Of a stretch of DNA of 64,000 nt, positions 20,988-30,261 are shown piece by piece. Location: assembly GCA_965218425.1 (NCBI GenBank), contig OZ244621.1:3264001-3328000 (forward strand), read 5' to 3'. The stretch is from an uncultured Candidatus Binatia bacterium (GTDB taxonomy: Bacteria; Desulfobacterota; Binatia; UBA9968; CAXXLF01). The notes under the pieces are model-generated. The model saw only the letters and a program-made list of their open reading frames with translations, was not told where the DNA came from and did not search any database. The first letter of the stretch is position 1; each line of letters begins with the position of its first letter. The position numbers were made by a program, and so were the translations under genes.

Positions 20988-22199
20988 ATGCGTAGAAAGA
21001 ATCGTTATGGATTAGTAACGCAAATGAGAAACCCTTTCAGCTTCGTCGACCCGATGGTCTTTTTCTTGACGGTACTGTTAGTCATGGCCATGGCAAGTTT
21101 GTCCGGTGCCGATACGTGGGACGAGACACTGGCGAAGGCCAAAAAGGAAGATAAACTCGTGGCCGCCCTGGGCGGCTCGGCCTCCCGCAACTACCGCCCG
21201 GTTTTCAAATATTTCGAAAACAAATTCGGTATAAAGACAGTGGTCTCCACGGGTGGCGGAACGAGACAAGCGGACCGGCTCTTTGCGGAGAGGGGGGCTG
21301 GCAAGTACAAGGTGGATATCTTCATGGTGGGCCCCACCACCGGGAATAGACGGATCATTGCTAACGGTGCGGCGGATCCCATCAAGCCGTTGTTGTTTCT
21401 CCCCGACGTCATAGACCAGTCCCTGTGGTATCAGGGCAAGCACCACTACAGCGACCCTGAAGAGAGGTATATCTTTGCCCTCTCGGCCAACGCCGAGTTT
21501 TCGCCCGTCTCAATGCACTTCAATACGAACAAACTGTCAATCAAGGAGGCTAAGAAGATCGACTCCGTGTGGAAGTTCTTGGACAAGCGGTTCGCCGGCA
21601 AGATCGTCGCCGTACCGCCCACGACGGGCGGCTCGGCCGTAACCTATCTCGTAGCCCAGGTCCACCCGGATTTGGGGGAGAAGTTCCTACGGCGCATGTT
21701 TGACCCGGAGTTGAACGTCCAGTTCCTTTTGGATTTTCGCCAGCTTGCCGACGGCGTTGCCAAGGGAAAGTATACTATGGCGATCTTCGCGGGCTCCGCC
21801 GGACGAGACATTGACAGGCTCGGCAGGCGAGGTTTACCCGTGGCGAACTTTGGACGGCTCCTGGACAAGCCGATTAAGGAACGTCTCCTCCTCCAGGGGA
21901 CCGGTTCAGGCAATAACCTTATGGTGCTCAACCGGCGCCCGCACCCGTACGCAACGAAGCTTTTTGTTAACTGGTTTCTCTCCAAGGAGGGCCAGACCAT
22001 CATGCACACAAAGAGTGATCGACAGCCCGACCAGTCGTTCCGTAACGACATAACGGATATGGGCAAGGTGAATAAGGACGAGATACGAAGGCCGGACATT
22101 GATTACATCACCTTGGCGCATGACCCTGGAGTTGCAAAAATACAGACCCGGTTACTGAAGAAGGCGGAGAAACTTTACCTGCAGAGTCGGAAGAAATAG
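20988..22199 (+). CDS. Extracellular solute-binding protein, copy 2 (close paralogue of 17730-18941)
   Basis: Same motifs and same 1212-nt length from the RBS-supported ATG at 20988. Confidence 0.85.
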   Translation: MRRKNRYGLVTQMRNPFSFVDPMVFFLTVLLVMAMASLSGADTWDETLAKAKKEDKLVAALGGSASRNYRPVFKYFENKFGIKTVVSTGGGTRQADRLFAERGAGKYKVDIFMVGPTTGNRRIIANGAADPIKPLLFLPDVIDQSLWYQGKHHYSDPEERYIFALSANAEFSPVSMHFNTNKLSIKEAKKIDSVWKFLDKRFAGKIVAVPPTTGGSAVTYLVAQVHPDLGEKFLRRMFDPELNVQFLLDFRQLADGVAKGKYTMAIFAGSAGRDIDRLGRRGLPVANFGRLLDKPIKERLLLQGTGSGNNLMVLNRRPHPYATKLFVNWFLSKEGQTIMHTKSDRQPDQSFRNDITDMGKVNKDEIRRPDIDYITLAHDPGVAKIQTRLLKKAEKLYLQSRKK

Positions 22200-22295
22200 A
22201 GCATCAAGTACTTGATCCCTTTATCAAGTACGAATTTAGCAAACTTTATCGCCGACCTCGGTATTGCGTATTCACGCTGATGTTGACTTGATACT

Positions 22296-23045
22296 CTAGT
22301 CTAGAACTGTAACACTGTCCCCGCGTTTAATTTCGCCTGGCGCGAGGACTTCCGCATATACGCCGAAATGCAGATCCGCCTCTTGCGAAAGGAACTCCAA
22401 TATTTTGGAATTGTAGGGTAAATCCGCCTGTTCAGAGGCCACCATTCCACACCGCTCTGTTGACTCGCAAACTCGCAGCCTGACTGCCTCGCCAATGGCC
22501 AGTATCTTCCCAAGCCAACTTCGTTCGACTTGCGTTACTCCAGGCAGATCAATTAGGAGGTTGGGACGGAACCGACGTTCGTCGATTGAAACATTAAGTA
22601 ACCCAGCCTGCAACCACGCGAGGGACGCAGTCGTCAATAAATGTACTGGACCGGCGTCCAAGTGCGAGGTGGCAGCCTCCGGCGCGAGTGTGACCGGCTG
22701 TCCTAGAGCTCTGGACAGGGCAGTGTGAACCTCAGAATTGTCTCCCCTCAAAATCCGGCCGTCCGGGAAGAAGATGATTGGCACATTGCCCTCATAGACC
22801 GCCTGGAATCCGAGTAACCCGTCGATGCAGAGAAAACGGTTCGTGGTCTTGCCGCTCCCGAATTTCCCATTGATATCCCGTAGTGCAAAGAGTCGGTCAC
22901 TTTCAACACCACGGGTGTTAACAGTAATGGACTCGCACTGCTCACCTCGCAATGATTTCACGGGGTAGCGCCACAGCTGTGCCACGATTCCTGCCGGGTA
23001 CGTGCCATGTTTTCCTAGTTGCGAGTTGGTCGGCAGGTTTTGCAT
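22296..23045 (-). CDS. MOSC domain protein
   Basis: LWRYPVKS, DRLFAL, RRFRPNL and conserved ERC cysteine. Confidence 0.88.
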   Translation of the reverse strand: MQNLPTNSQLGKHGTYPAGIVAQLWRYPVKSLRGEQCESITVNTRGVESDRLFALRDINGKFGSGKTTNRFLCIDGLLGFQAVYEGNVPIIFFPDGRILRGDNSEVHTALSRALGQPVTLAPEAATSHLDAGPVHLLTTASLAWLQAGLLNVSIDERRFRPNLLIDLPGVTQVERSWLGKILAIGEAVRLRVCESTERCGMVASEQADLPYNSKILEFLSQEADLHFGVYAEVLAPGEIKRGDSVTVLD

Positions 23046-23192
23046 GGCCGCACCTTCAAGACGAGACGAAGAATTTCCGTCTCACAGCCCAGCATTGACC
23101 GATGGGGGAATCTGCTTTTTCCACAGATCCAGCAGCTCCAGAATTGTGCAGCCGTGCATTCGAAGCTTCCACGAGAGAATCATCCAGATAGA

Positions 23193-23540
23193 TTAGGATC
23201 TGGGCTCCTCCTTGACATGCGCATGAGCGGAAGCTAAGGACTCTTCTTGAAAGACTACGCTGTCTATTAAACCGACGCCTTCGAGTTGTTCCGAATACGG
23301 CTCGGGATCGAGGGCGAAAAAGTCTGTGAAGGTGGCATAAGCAGGCCGTGTGATCATCGAATACCCTTTCAACGAAAGGCGGTTCTTGAGCATGCGGTGG
23401 ACGACGATCACATCGAAGCCGAATAGCTTCTCGAAGCCCTGTATCGGCTCGATTGACACTTCCCCAAAATGGAGTACTTGTTTGAGACGCAGATTGCCAA
23501 TGGTGGTACAGGCCTCGCAAACGCACGCGGGAAGTCTCGT
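23193..23540 (-). pseudogene. 5'-truncated DUF2652 (nucleotide-cyclase-like) gene fragment
   Basis: Frame reads CVCEACTTIGNLRLKQVLHFGEV...KLFGFDVIVVHRMLKN; in-frame TGA at 23543-23541 upstream and no N-terminal half. Confidence 0.65.
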
Positions 23541-23612
23541 TCATCTGGTACCGCCAATCTTTAACACACCGCCACCGGTGAATCCATGTAAATTGTTGAA
23601 ATTAATGTTTAA

Positions 23613-23634
23613 AGATCTCTAGCTCCAGAGATCT
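23613..23634. terminator. Hairpin, possible intrinsic terminator
   Basis: AGATCTCT-6nt-AGAGATCT perfect inverted repeat flanked by A/T runs. Confidence 0.35.
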
Positions 23635-23817
23635 AAAAACCACTTATCCAGCCACAGGTAGGAGCTACGCTGCTGAGGCGGGAATTGAATTGGGAGCACA
23701 ACATTCACAAAATCCATTACCCTCGCTAAAGAGCCCCCTTGAAATTCGAGGAAAAAATGTCGTATAAAAGCCGGCTTGCCTATCACGGAGGTCTCTGGCG
23801 GTTAAAAAGGAGGTTTT

Positions 23818-24078
23818 ATGCGAAATCAGGGTTCTCTCATGTCCTTGTTGCTCGGCGCTGTGTTAATGTCATCCGTATTTTTATTTATGGGCGCCAGTAA
23901 AGGGAATTTCGACGGAAGGTATCAGCTGACCGTAACACGGGATGGACTGTACGTGATTGACAGCAGGACCGGTCAAATTAAAGTGATTAAAACCCTTCAA
24001 ACGAAGTGGGAATCGGGCACCACAGTACTGGATTGGAAGACAAATTACACCGAGCTGAAAAGCTACAAAGAAAAATAA
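23818..24078 (+). CDS. Small exported/membrane-anchored hypothetical protein
   Basis: Strong RBS AAGGAGG, N-terminal hydrophobic helix, GRYQ...YVIDSRTG beta-rich segment. Confidence 0.65.
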   Translation: MRNQGSLMSLLLGAVLMSSVFLFMGASKGNFDGRYQLTVTRDGLYVIDSRTGQIKVIKTLQTKWESGTTVLDWKTNYTELKSYKEK

Positions 24079-24140
24079 TCCATGCCTGAGTATCAGGGTG
24101 TTTTTTAGCGTAAGTGGCGTTACAACAGAGAAGCGATGGG

Positions 24141-25292
24141 CTATGAACCCCAAAGTTTTCGTGTGGCCAGACGAGCACCCTCCGCCATGGCCTCAAACTT
24201 CGCCCAAGCGATCTTGGGATGACCTACCCTTGTACCTAAGCCGCAATCGGTGCCGGCGATGACATTCTCGCGACCCACCACATTAGCAAATCGTACCAAT
24301 CGCTGCGCTACCAGCTCTGGATGCTCCACCATGTTGTGTATGTGGCTGACAACACCGGGAATGAGCAACTTTCCCTCGGGAAGCTTCACATTTTTCCACA
24401 CCTGCCACTCGTGTTCATGGCGTGGATTTGCGGCTTCAAGGGAATAGGCCTCCACAGGGATTTTCAAGATAAGATCCACGATGTCGCGAAGGGGGACGTC
24501 GTATTTGTGGGGACCGTGGTAACTGCCCCAGCATACATGTAAACGTACCCTCTCCGGCGGGATTCCTCGCAGCGCATGGATAATCGCATCCACCCGAAGA
24601 GCGGCGTATTTACGATACTCAGCCAGATCCATATGAGGATGCATCTGCCACGCATCCGGTAAGTCCGGGTCGTCAATCTGAAGGATAAACCCGCCGTCCA
24701 CTATGGCCTTGTATTCTTCGTGCATCGCGTCCGCAATGGCCAAGAGAAAGGCCTCGTCGTTGGGGTAATAGTCGTTTTTTAACCAATGCTCCATGGTGCC
24801 AGGCGCCACCGCGGGCAAAAAGGCCTCCTCAACGTTGACCCCCTGGAGCGCTATTTTAAGGTTTTCCGTATCCGATTGGATGGCGGCCTGCCCGATATAC
24901 TCAAGCGGCGCATTGCAGTAAAAGACCCTTGTGTGTAGCCCCCGGCTGGCTTTACCCAGATCAAAAAACTCCGGAAAGTCTTTGATATCGCGCCCAAAGA
25001 TCATTGTCGGTTGAAAATCGGGTTTCGGGGCCTGTTCAATAAAGCCTCTCAGACGCTCTCGAGTATAGCGTGAGAAATTTGTCTTTCCAAACTCGCCGTC
25101 GTTAACGATATCGATGCCGCAGTTCACTTGCTCCTTTACTACTTGAGCGACAGCGCTCCGGAGACGCTTGGCATAGGCCTCTTGATCGTAGCTTTGCCCT
25201 TCAAGCTTCGCGTTTAGCATATTCAACAAGTCATCCGGTCTGGCGAGGCTTCCTACGTGGGTGACGAGTATTCGGTCGGTGCTTCGCTTCAT
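24141..25292 (-). CDS. Cobalamin-independent methionine synthase II / epoxyalkane:CoM transferase-like protein
   Basis: THVGSL.RP, DGEFGK, Zn ligands HVC and TDCG, VEHPELVA. Confidence 0.9.
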   Translation of the reverse strand: MKRSTDRILVTHVGSLARPDDLLNMLNAKLEGQSYDQEAYAKRLRSAVAQVVKEQVNCGIDIVNDGEFGKTNFSRYTRERLRGFIEQAPKPDFQPTMIFGRDIKDFPEFFDLGKASRGLHTRVFYCNAPLEYIGQAAIQSDTENLKIALQGVNVEEAFLPAVAPGTMEHWLKNDYYPNDEAFLLAIADAMHEEYKAIVDGGFILQIDDPDLPDAWQMHPHMDLAEYRKYAALRVDAIIHALRGIPPERVRLHVCWGSYHGPHKYDVPLRDIVDLILKIPVEAYSLEAANPRHEHEWQVWKNVKLPEGKLLIPGVVSHIHNMVEHPELVAQRLVRFANVVGRENVIAGTDCGLGTRVGHPKIAWAKFEAMAEGARLATRKLWGS

Positions 25293-25371
25293 CGCAACCT
25301 TACATCCCGTAACGTTGCAAGGTTAGGTATGGATTTGTAGAGCAATGGAAACTGATTTGATCTTGAAGTCA

Positions 25372-26019
25372 CTACCAGGGTCCCTTTCCCATGGCCCATC
25401 GGTCTAGACTGGCGAGGTACTCGCGAAAGAGTACCATACGCATGGCCACGGCCCGGCGTGCCACGTCCTGCTTTTCAGGTTCCGTTGCGTAGCGCTTCAG
25501 GATTTGCTGGGGAATACTGCCGTGACCCTCTTCATCGCCGGTGATCCGTCGATAGGGTTGTTTGATCCAATCCGGCACGGACTGGTCTCGAAGGGACATT
25601 TGCGTCAGATAGGCTGCAACCGATTCTCCCGCCAGGGAGAACCCGGTAATTCGCTGGCAGGTATTCGTTAGTCCCTCCAGTGCGTTGAACATCGCCGTTT
25701 GGGCGGGGAGTGGCCGGTAGTCGAATGGCTCGTGTCCCAGGCCCGAGATTCGATCCGCCAGAAGCTCTGCATGGACCATTTCCTCGTGAGCCGATTTCGC
25801 CAGCAGGGCCTTAATCTCAAACTCCGGTGTTGTTCTTAGCCAGGTACCAAAGAGGTCGGCCGCGCGGAGCTCGTTGAATAATCGACTCTTCATCACGCGA
25901 ATCCGCTCTTCGTCAGTTTTCAGAGGAATGTAACAGTAGGCAGGTGGTTGGGCGTCTAGCGTTCGGCAAAAGTCTCTTACAATGCCCAGTAATTCTTGTA
26001 CGAATTCTTGGCTCTCCAT
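25372..26019 (-). CDS. Ferritin-like (di-iron) domain protein
   Basis: NE...EEMVH...GE...DEEGH paired E/ExxH ligands; RBS GGGAG before ATG 26019. Confidence 0.7.
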   Translation of the reverse strand: MESQEFVQELLGIVRDFCRTLDAQPPAYCYIPLKTDEERIRVMKSRLFNELRAADLFGTWLRTTPEFEIKALLAKSAHEEMVHAELLADRISGLGHEPFDYRPLPAQTAMFNALEGLTNTCQRITGFSLAGESVAAYLTQMSLRDQSVPDWIKQPYRRITGDEEGHGSIPQQILKRYATEPEKQDVARRAVAMRMVLFREYLASLDRWAMGKGPW

Positions 26020-26288
26020 TACAAATCTCCCGTTATTCGACACTGTGACAAGAGTTCTCTCCCTATCACACGAGAAAAAGGTGTCAAGGTTGCGGTTGAA
26101 AAAGCCAAATCAGAATTCATCCAGGGTTCCGAAACTTTCTGATGGCTGGCCCCCGTTGCAAACCGGGTGCTCCCCGGTGAACGCGGGTAATCGGGAGTGA
26201 GGTTGGCCGACCTAAATGAAAATTTTACCGAGTTAGATTGCTAAAAGATAATTCTAGCCGGTTCAGGGAAGCGTGATCTTGCACCGAA

Positions 26289-26307
26289 GGAACCCGTAGA
26301 GGGTTCC
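26289..26307 (-). terminator. Hairpin just downstream of the GMC gene
   Basis: GGAACCC-5nt-GGGTTCC, 16 nt past the stop codon; weak U-tract. Confidence 0.35.
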
Positions 26308-26323
26308 CTGATGGTAGGTTATC

Positions 26324-28006
26324 CTAGCCGACCAGCTTCCCGTTGGATTTGATATACTGCGCAGTGCGGTACGCAAGGGCACTCACTGTGGGCGTGGCGG
26401 CATAGCCAGTCATGGTGGGAAACACCGCAGAGCCCACCACAAAGAGATTTTCCACGTCGTGAGTCTGGCAGTAGCCATTGACCACCGACTTTTTCGGATC
26501 ATCGCCCATGCGTGTTCCGCCGGCCCAACGGCTGCCACGGTTACTTGGTTTTGTCCAAACATGGCTCGCGCCTGCCTCCCGCATGATTCCTTCCGACTTT
26601 TCACCGATGTAGCGCCACACGCGGTGCTCGTTGTGGTGGAAGTCGAAGGTAACACGGGGCAGTGGAACTCCCCAGGCGTCTTTTCGCACCGGGTCCAGGT
26701 CCACAAAGTTGTCCTTATGGGCGAGGGTCTCGGGGTGTATGCTTACATCGAAGCCCCGGGTGTAGTAGCGAGCGAGATTTTCTTTGTACTTTTCCCCCCA
26801 ACGGGGCCAACCCGGTGGAATGACATCGCATCGCTCGATGGGTGCACCGCCGCCACTGGTTCCGATTGTGCCTCCGCGGATAAATCCCAGGCCGGCATGG
26901 TCGAAGTTATTGCCGTTGAAGTCATCCAATCGCATGCCGCCGTTGGGGCCAATAAATCCGTTGATAATGGTATCGTCAAATAGACCCGTGGTACGGACAT
27001 CCCCATGGGCCATAATACAACGGCCCAACATCCCGCTGGAATTAGCGAGGCCCTTTTTCCCCTCTCCCGAGAGCAGCAGTAACCGGATGTTTTCGTAGAG
27101 AAAGCCTGCCAGGATAATCACCTTGGCGGATTGTTCCACCACTTTACCGTCTGGGTCGAAATAGGAAACGCTATTGGCCCGTCCATTGGGGCCGGAGTTG
27201 ACCCGAAAGACCTTGCATCGTGTGCGCAGGTCCAGGTTCCCTGTTTCCAGCGCAGCCGGGATCACGGTGAAAGGCGAGGAAGTCTTGGCATGCACATGGC
27301 AGCCGTAGTTGTTGCAATGACCGCAATAAACGCACCCTTGGCGCTCGGGTATACGTTGATCGTATGGCGCTGGAGGTTTGTAGGGCTGCGACAGGATGCC
27401 CTGGGGGGTCTGGTAGGCATGGTATCCGAGACGCTTGCAGGCGTCGCCGAATAGTTGCGTACGGGTACTCGGACGCAATGGAGGCAAGGGGTAGCCTTTT
27501 TTGCGAGGGCCTTCGAAAGGATTGGCGCCGGAATTACCCGAAACACCCATTTCCCACTCAAAACGTTCATAATAGGGCTCAAGGTCGTCGTAGGTGATGG
27601 GCCAATCGGCGATATTGTAACCTTTCAGGTCAGCGCCGGCTCGTTTGGCAACCCCTCCGCGTACGTCGTTGCTATAGACTTTGAAGTCGTCCGGCATAAA
27701 TCGTGTTGCACTACCTGTCCAGATCATCAGTCCGCCACCAACACTGTTACTCGGAGAGGTGGTGTATTGGAGCCTTGTCTTGGCGCCACGCTCAGGCCGG
27801 ATGCTGATGGGTTCGTGCTTGACCTTTTCCTCGAGTTGTCGTCTGGCAATGGCACGTATGGAGTCCTTGTAAGCGTAGTCCTCGAACTCGAGAAGCGGGC
27901 CCCGCTCGAGCCCTGCCACTTTCAGTCCGGCGGACGCGAGCTCCTTTGCCATGATGCCGCCCACCGCACCCATGCCCACGATGCAAACGTCAACGGGATT
28001 TGGCAT
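26324..28006 (-). CDS. GMC oxidoreductase, gluconate 2-dehydrogenase flavoprotein-like
   Basis: GMGAVG FAD loop, WPITYDDLEPYY, CVYCGHC-x3-C cluster, GGTRMG; RBS GAGGAG before ATG 28006. Confidence 0.9.
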   Translation of the reverse strand: MPNPVDVCIVGMGAVGGIMAKELASAGLKVAGLERGPLLEFEDYAYKDSIRAIARRQLEEKVKHEPISIRPERGAKTRLQYTTSPSNSVGGGLMIWTGSATRFMPDDFKVYSNDVRGGVAKRAGADLKGYNIADWPITYDDLEPYYERFEWEMGVSGNSGANPFEGPRKKGYPLPPLRPSTRTQLFGDACKRLGYHAYQTPQGILSQPYKPPAPYDQRIPERQGCVYCGHCNNYGCHVHAKTSSPFTVIPAALETGNLDLRTRCKVFRVNSGPNGRANSVSYFDPDGKVVEQSAKVIILAGFLYENIRLLLLSGEGKKGLANSSGMLGRCIMAHGDVRTTGLFDDTIINGFIGPNGGMRLDDFNGNNFDHAGLGFIRGGTIGTSGGGAPIERCDVIPPGWPRWGEKYKENLARYYTRGFDVSIHPETLAHKDNFVDLDPVRKDAWGVPLPRVTFDFHHNEHRVWRYIGEKSEGIMREAGASHVWTKPSNRGSRWAGGTRMGDDPKKSVVNGYCQTHDVENLFVVGSAVFPTMTGYAATPTVSALAYRTAQYIKSNGKLVG

Positions 28007-28523
28007 GCCACTCCTCCTCGGTTGAAAAGGGCCGGTCCACTGCCACTGGCTCAACATCCACGCGCTGGTTGATGTACTGATGGGAATAACCAAATTGATG
28101 ACCGGGGAAGCCCACCAGTCGCCAGCCTACCATATCACGGTTCCCCCCGTATGCAGGCTCGCCGAGGACACCCTCCATGGTGTGGTCCCGAAGCATCTCA
28201 AAGAAGTCAGTGGCTTGTTTGAAGTCGGGGACCTGGTCCGCCTCGAAATCCGCAAGCACTAAGTCCCGGTCAGTTACGGCTATGCGTAGGAAGCCAACGC
28301 CGAATCGGCGTTTTGCGTGGCGATTCAAGGCGCGGCACCCGCTCCGGTAAAGGGAGGCGAGCTCCGGGAACGCTTCACCGAGCAACCGTTGGATGTAATT
28401 AATTACTCCGGCTTCGGTGGCACCAGGAGTTTCAGTGGTGGGAAAAATTCGCGCAGCGGCCGCTTCCACTACGGCCGCGTGCATTTTGATCAATACTGGA
28501 CTCGTATCTCGGTTGTCGCTCAT
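27990..28523 (-). CDS. Gluconate 2-dehydrogenase subunit 3 family protein
   Basis: RIFP...PGATEAGVINYI, TMEG...PAYGGNRDMVGWRLVGFPG; overlaps the flavoprotein start. Confidence 0.9.
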   Translation of the reverse strand: MSDNRDTSPVLIKMHAAVVEAAAARIFPTTETPGATEAGVINYIQRLLGEAFPELASLYRSGCRALNRHAKRRFGVGFLRIAVTDRDLVLADFEADQVPDFKQATDFFEMLRDHTMEGVLGEPAYGGNRDMVGWRLVGFPGHQFGYSHQYINQRVDVEPVAVDRPFSTEEEWHAKSR

Positions 28524-28644
28524 AATGGCGCGCAGGATATGCGAAAACGAGGGGGCTGTCAATCGGCCGCTAGGGTTAGATTATTTGATGGCTTGACAGG
28601 TCGGCTGCCGCCGGTATTTTTTACTTTTTGAGAGGTGCATCTTT

Positions 28645-29214
28645 TTATCTGCCTTTCTTTTTCTTGGCGTCAAAATACCCCCACAACAAATTTCGCGAGA
28701 CCCAACCTTCGTCTCCTTCGTCGGTTTGCACCTTGACCCAATCGCCCTGTTTGGCCAGAATTCGAAAAGCCACACCCTTGTCGGCGGTCAGTATGATGGG
28801 GTGACGGGTGCCGGGACCCTGTCGGACATTGGCCCTGGGCACCTTTACTGCGGCAGCAGGCTCCTTGTCCGTCAGCGGACCATAGATCCAATCCTCGAAC
28901 CCTTCAAAGTCCCTCACCTTCAGCCAAGAACCTTTCCGACTGATTACCCGGTAGGGATAATTCTCCGGGACCTTTCCTACTTTATCGAATTTTTTTCCAG
29001 GTCCGGATCGGATATTAGCGGTTTTCACCTTGACTCGCACCATATCCGCCGCCCAGGATAGTCCTTCCAACGAGACCAAACAGATGAGAGTGCTTGCTAT
29101 AAAAACCGCGATCAGGCGACCGTGGCTCAATGAAGCTAGAGTGCGATTTGGGTAAGTTCTATGTTGTCGGTTCATATGGTCAAATCCTTGAGAGATCATA
29201 ACATTAATTTTCAT
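28645..29214 (-). CDS. Exported tandem bacterial SH3-domain protein
   Basis: Signal peptide plus two ANxRxGPG...WxKV...GW repeats; true start may be about 29175. Confidence 0.88.
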   Translation of the reverse strand: MKINVMISQGFDHMNRQHRTYPNRTLASLSHGRLIAVFIASTLICLVSLEGLSWAADMVRVKVKTANIRSGPGKKFDKVGKVPENYPYRVISRKGSWLKVRDFEGFEDWIYGPLTDKEPAAAVKVPRANVRQGPGTRHPIILTADKGVAFRILAKQGDWVKVQTDEGDEGWVSRNLLWGYFDAKKKKGR

Positions 29215-29298
29215 TCTGCAGTAAGAATATATTGTTGTGTTTGGTTCCCTGCCAACCTCATCCGTCTATATGAATTGTTCGATAAAAATCCCATTTTC

Positions 29299-30075
29299 TC
29301 AAGTCCAACCACACACTTGCATAGAATATTTACATCTATTCCGTGCCCCATGCCACCTGTGCTTCCATGGGGTTTGAAATGGTTCCTTGTATGGCGACTT
29401 CACATCTCCCGTGGAGACCTTTCTTACGGTCCCACCACTCGTTTTCATAACCGTTAAGCCATTGTTCCAGAGTTTTTTGAAGAAATCCCAGCCAAACTTA
29501 CTGGAAAGGGCCTCTACTGTATCGAGAGTTGACCACGAGTAGTTGGGAGCTGGTATTGCAATTTGGCCCTTCCATTTATTGTCGAGGAGGTTCATCCAGT
29601 CTTTAGGTGACTGGTCGGGACTGACCATTTTCGTGTTATAGGTGATGCCCATGTTCAGGATTCTACCTACGGTGAAGAAACCGTCAGGATCTTTGTAGAT
29701 GGATGGAATCACAGATGCGTTGGGCGAGGTATACTTCAAAAGCAACCCTTGTTCCTTTAGGTCGATAAAATACGCGGGGTCGGCCGCCCATATCAGGTTG
29801 GCCTTAACTCTCCCGGTAGATTTAAGGTCGGATTTTACTTTGACGATGATCTTGTTGGTTCCAGATCGGTAACCCCGGAAGTTAATATCTGGATTGAGCT
29901 GGTCAATTTGCTTTATAATCGGTAGGATCACGCTGTTGGGTACTGACGTGTAGATGGTCGACGGCGTTTCTCCATAGGCTGTTGCCGGTAGCAGCAGCAA
30001 AAACATAATGGTGGATCCAAGGGCGTACTTCCCAGTTCCCATGCCTCTCCTTCCCACCAACGATTCTCCCTTCAA
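29299..30075 (-). pseudogene. 3'-truncated Fe3+-type ABC solute-binding protein
   Basis: IYTS, YKDPDG, YNTK, PKDWMNLLDNKWKG motifs; similarity stops near VSTGDV and the C-terminal third is missing. Confidence 0.65.
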
Positions 30076-30261
30076 TACGATAACATCGAGGCTTAGACGC
30101 CCGATACTGCTCTTGATCTGCTTGTGAACAGCTGGCTCTCTGAGGTCAAGCTCGTAGCCTCCTCCAATGGACCCCCATAGACATGGCGGTGACCTTATAA
30201 TATAGTGCCCCTGCTAACGGGGTGATCCGTAATTTAACTCATCCAGGGAGGAACCTGACGA

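Noticed and set aside
22203..22231. ATCAAGTACTTGAT palindrome with a repeated ATCAAGTAC as a CRISPR or att remnant
   Set aside because: Too short, no spacer periodicity, no cas or integrase genes.
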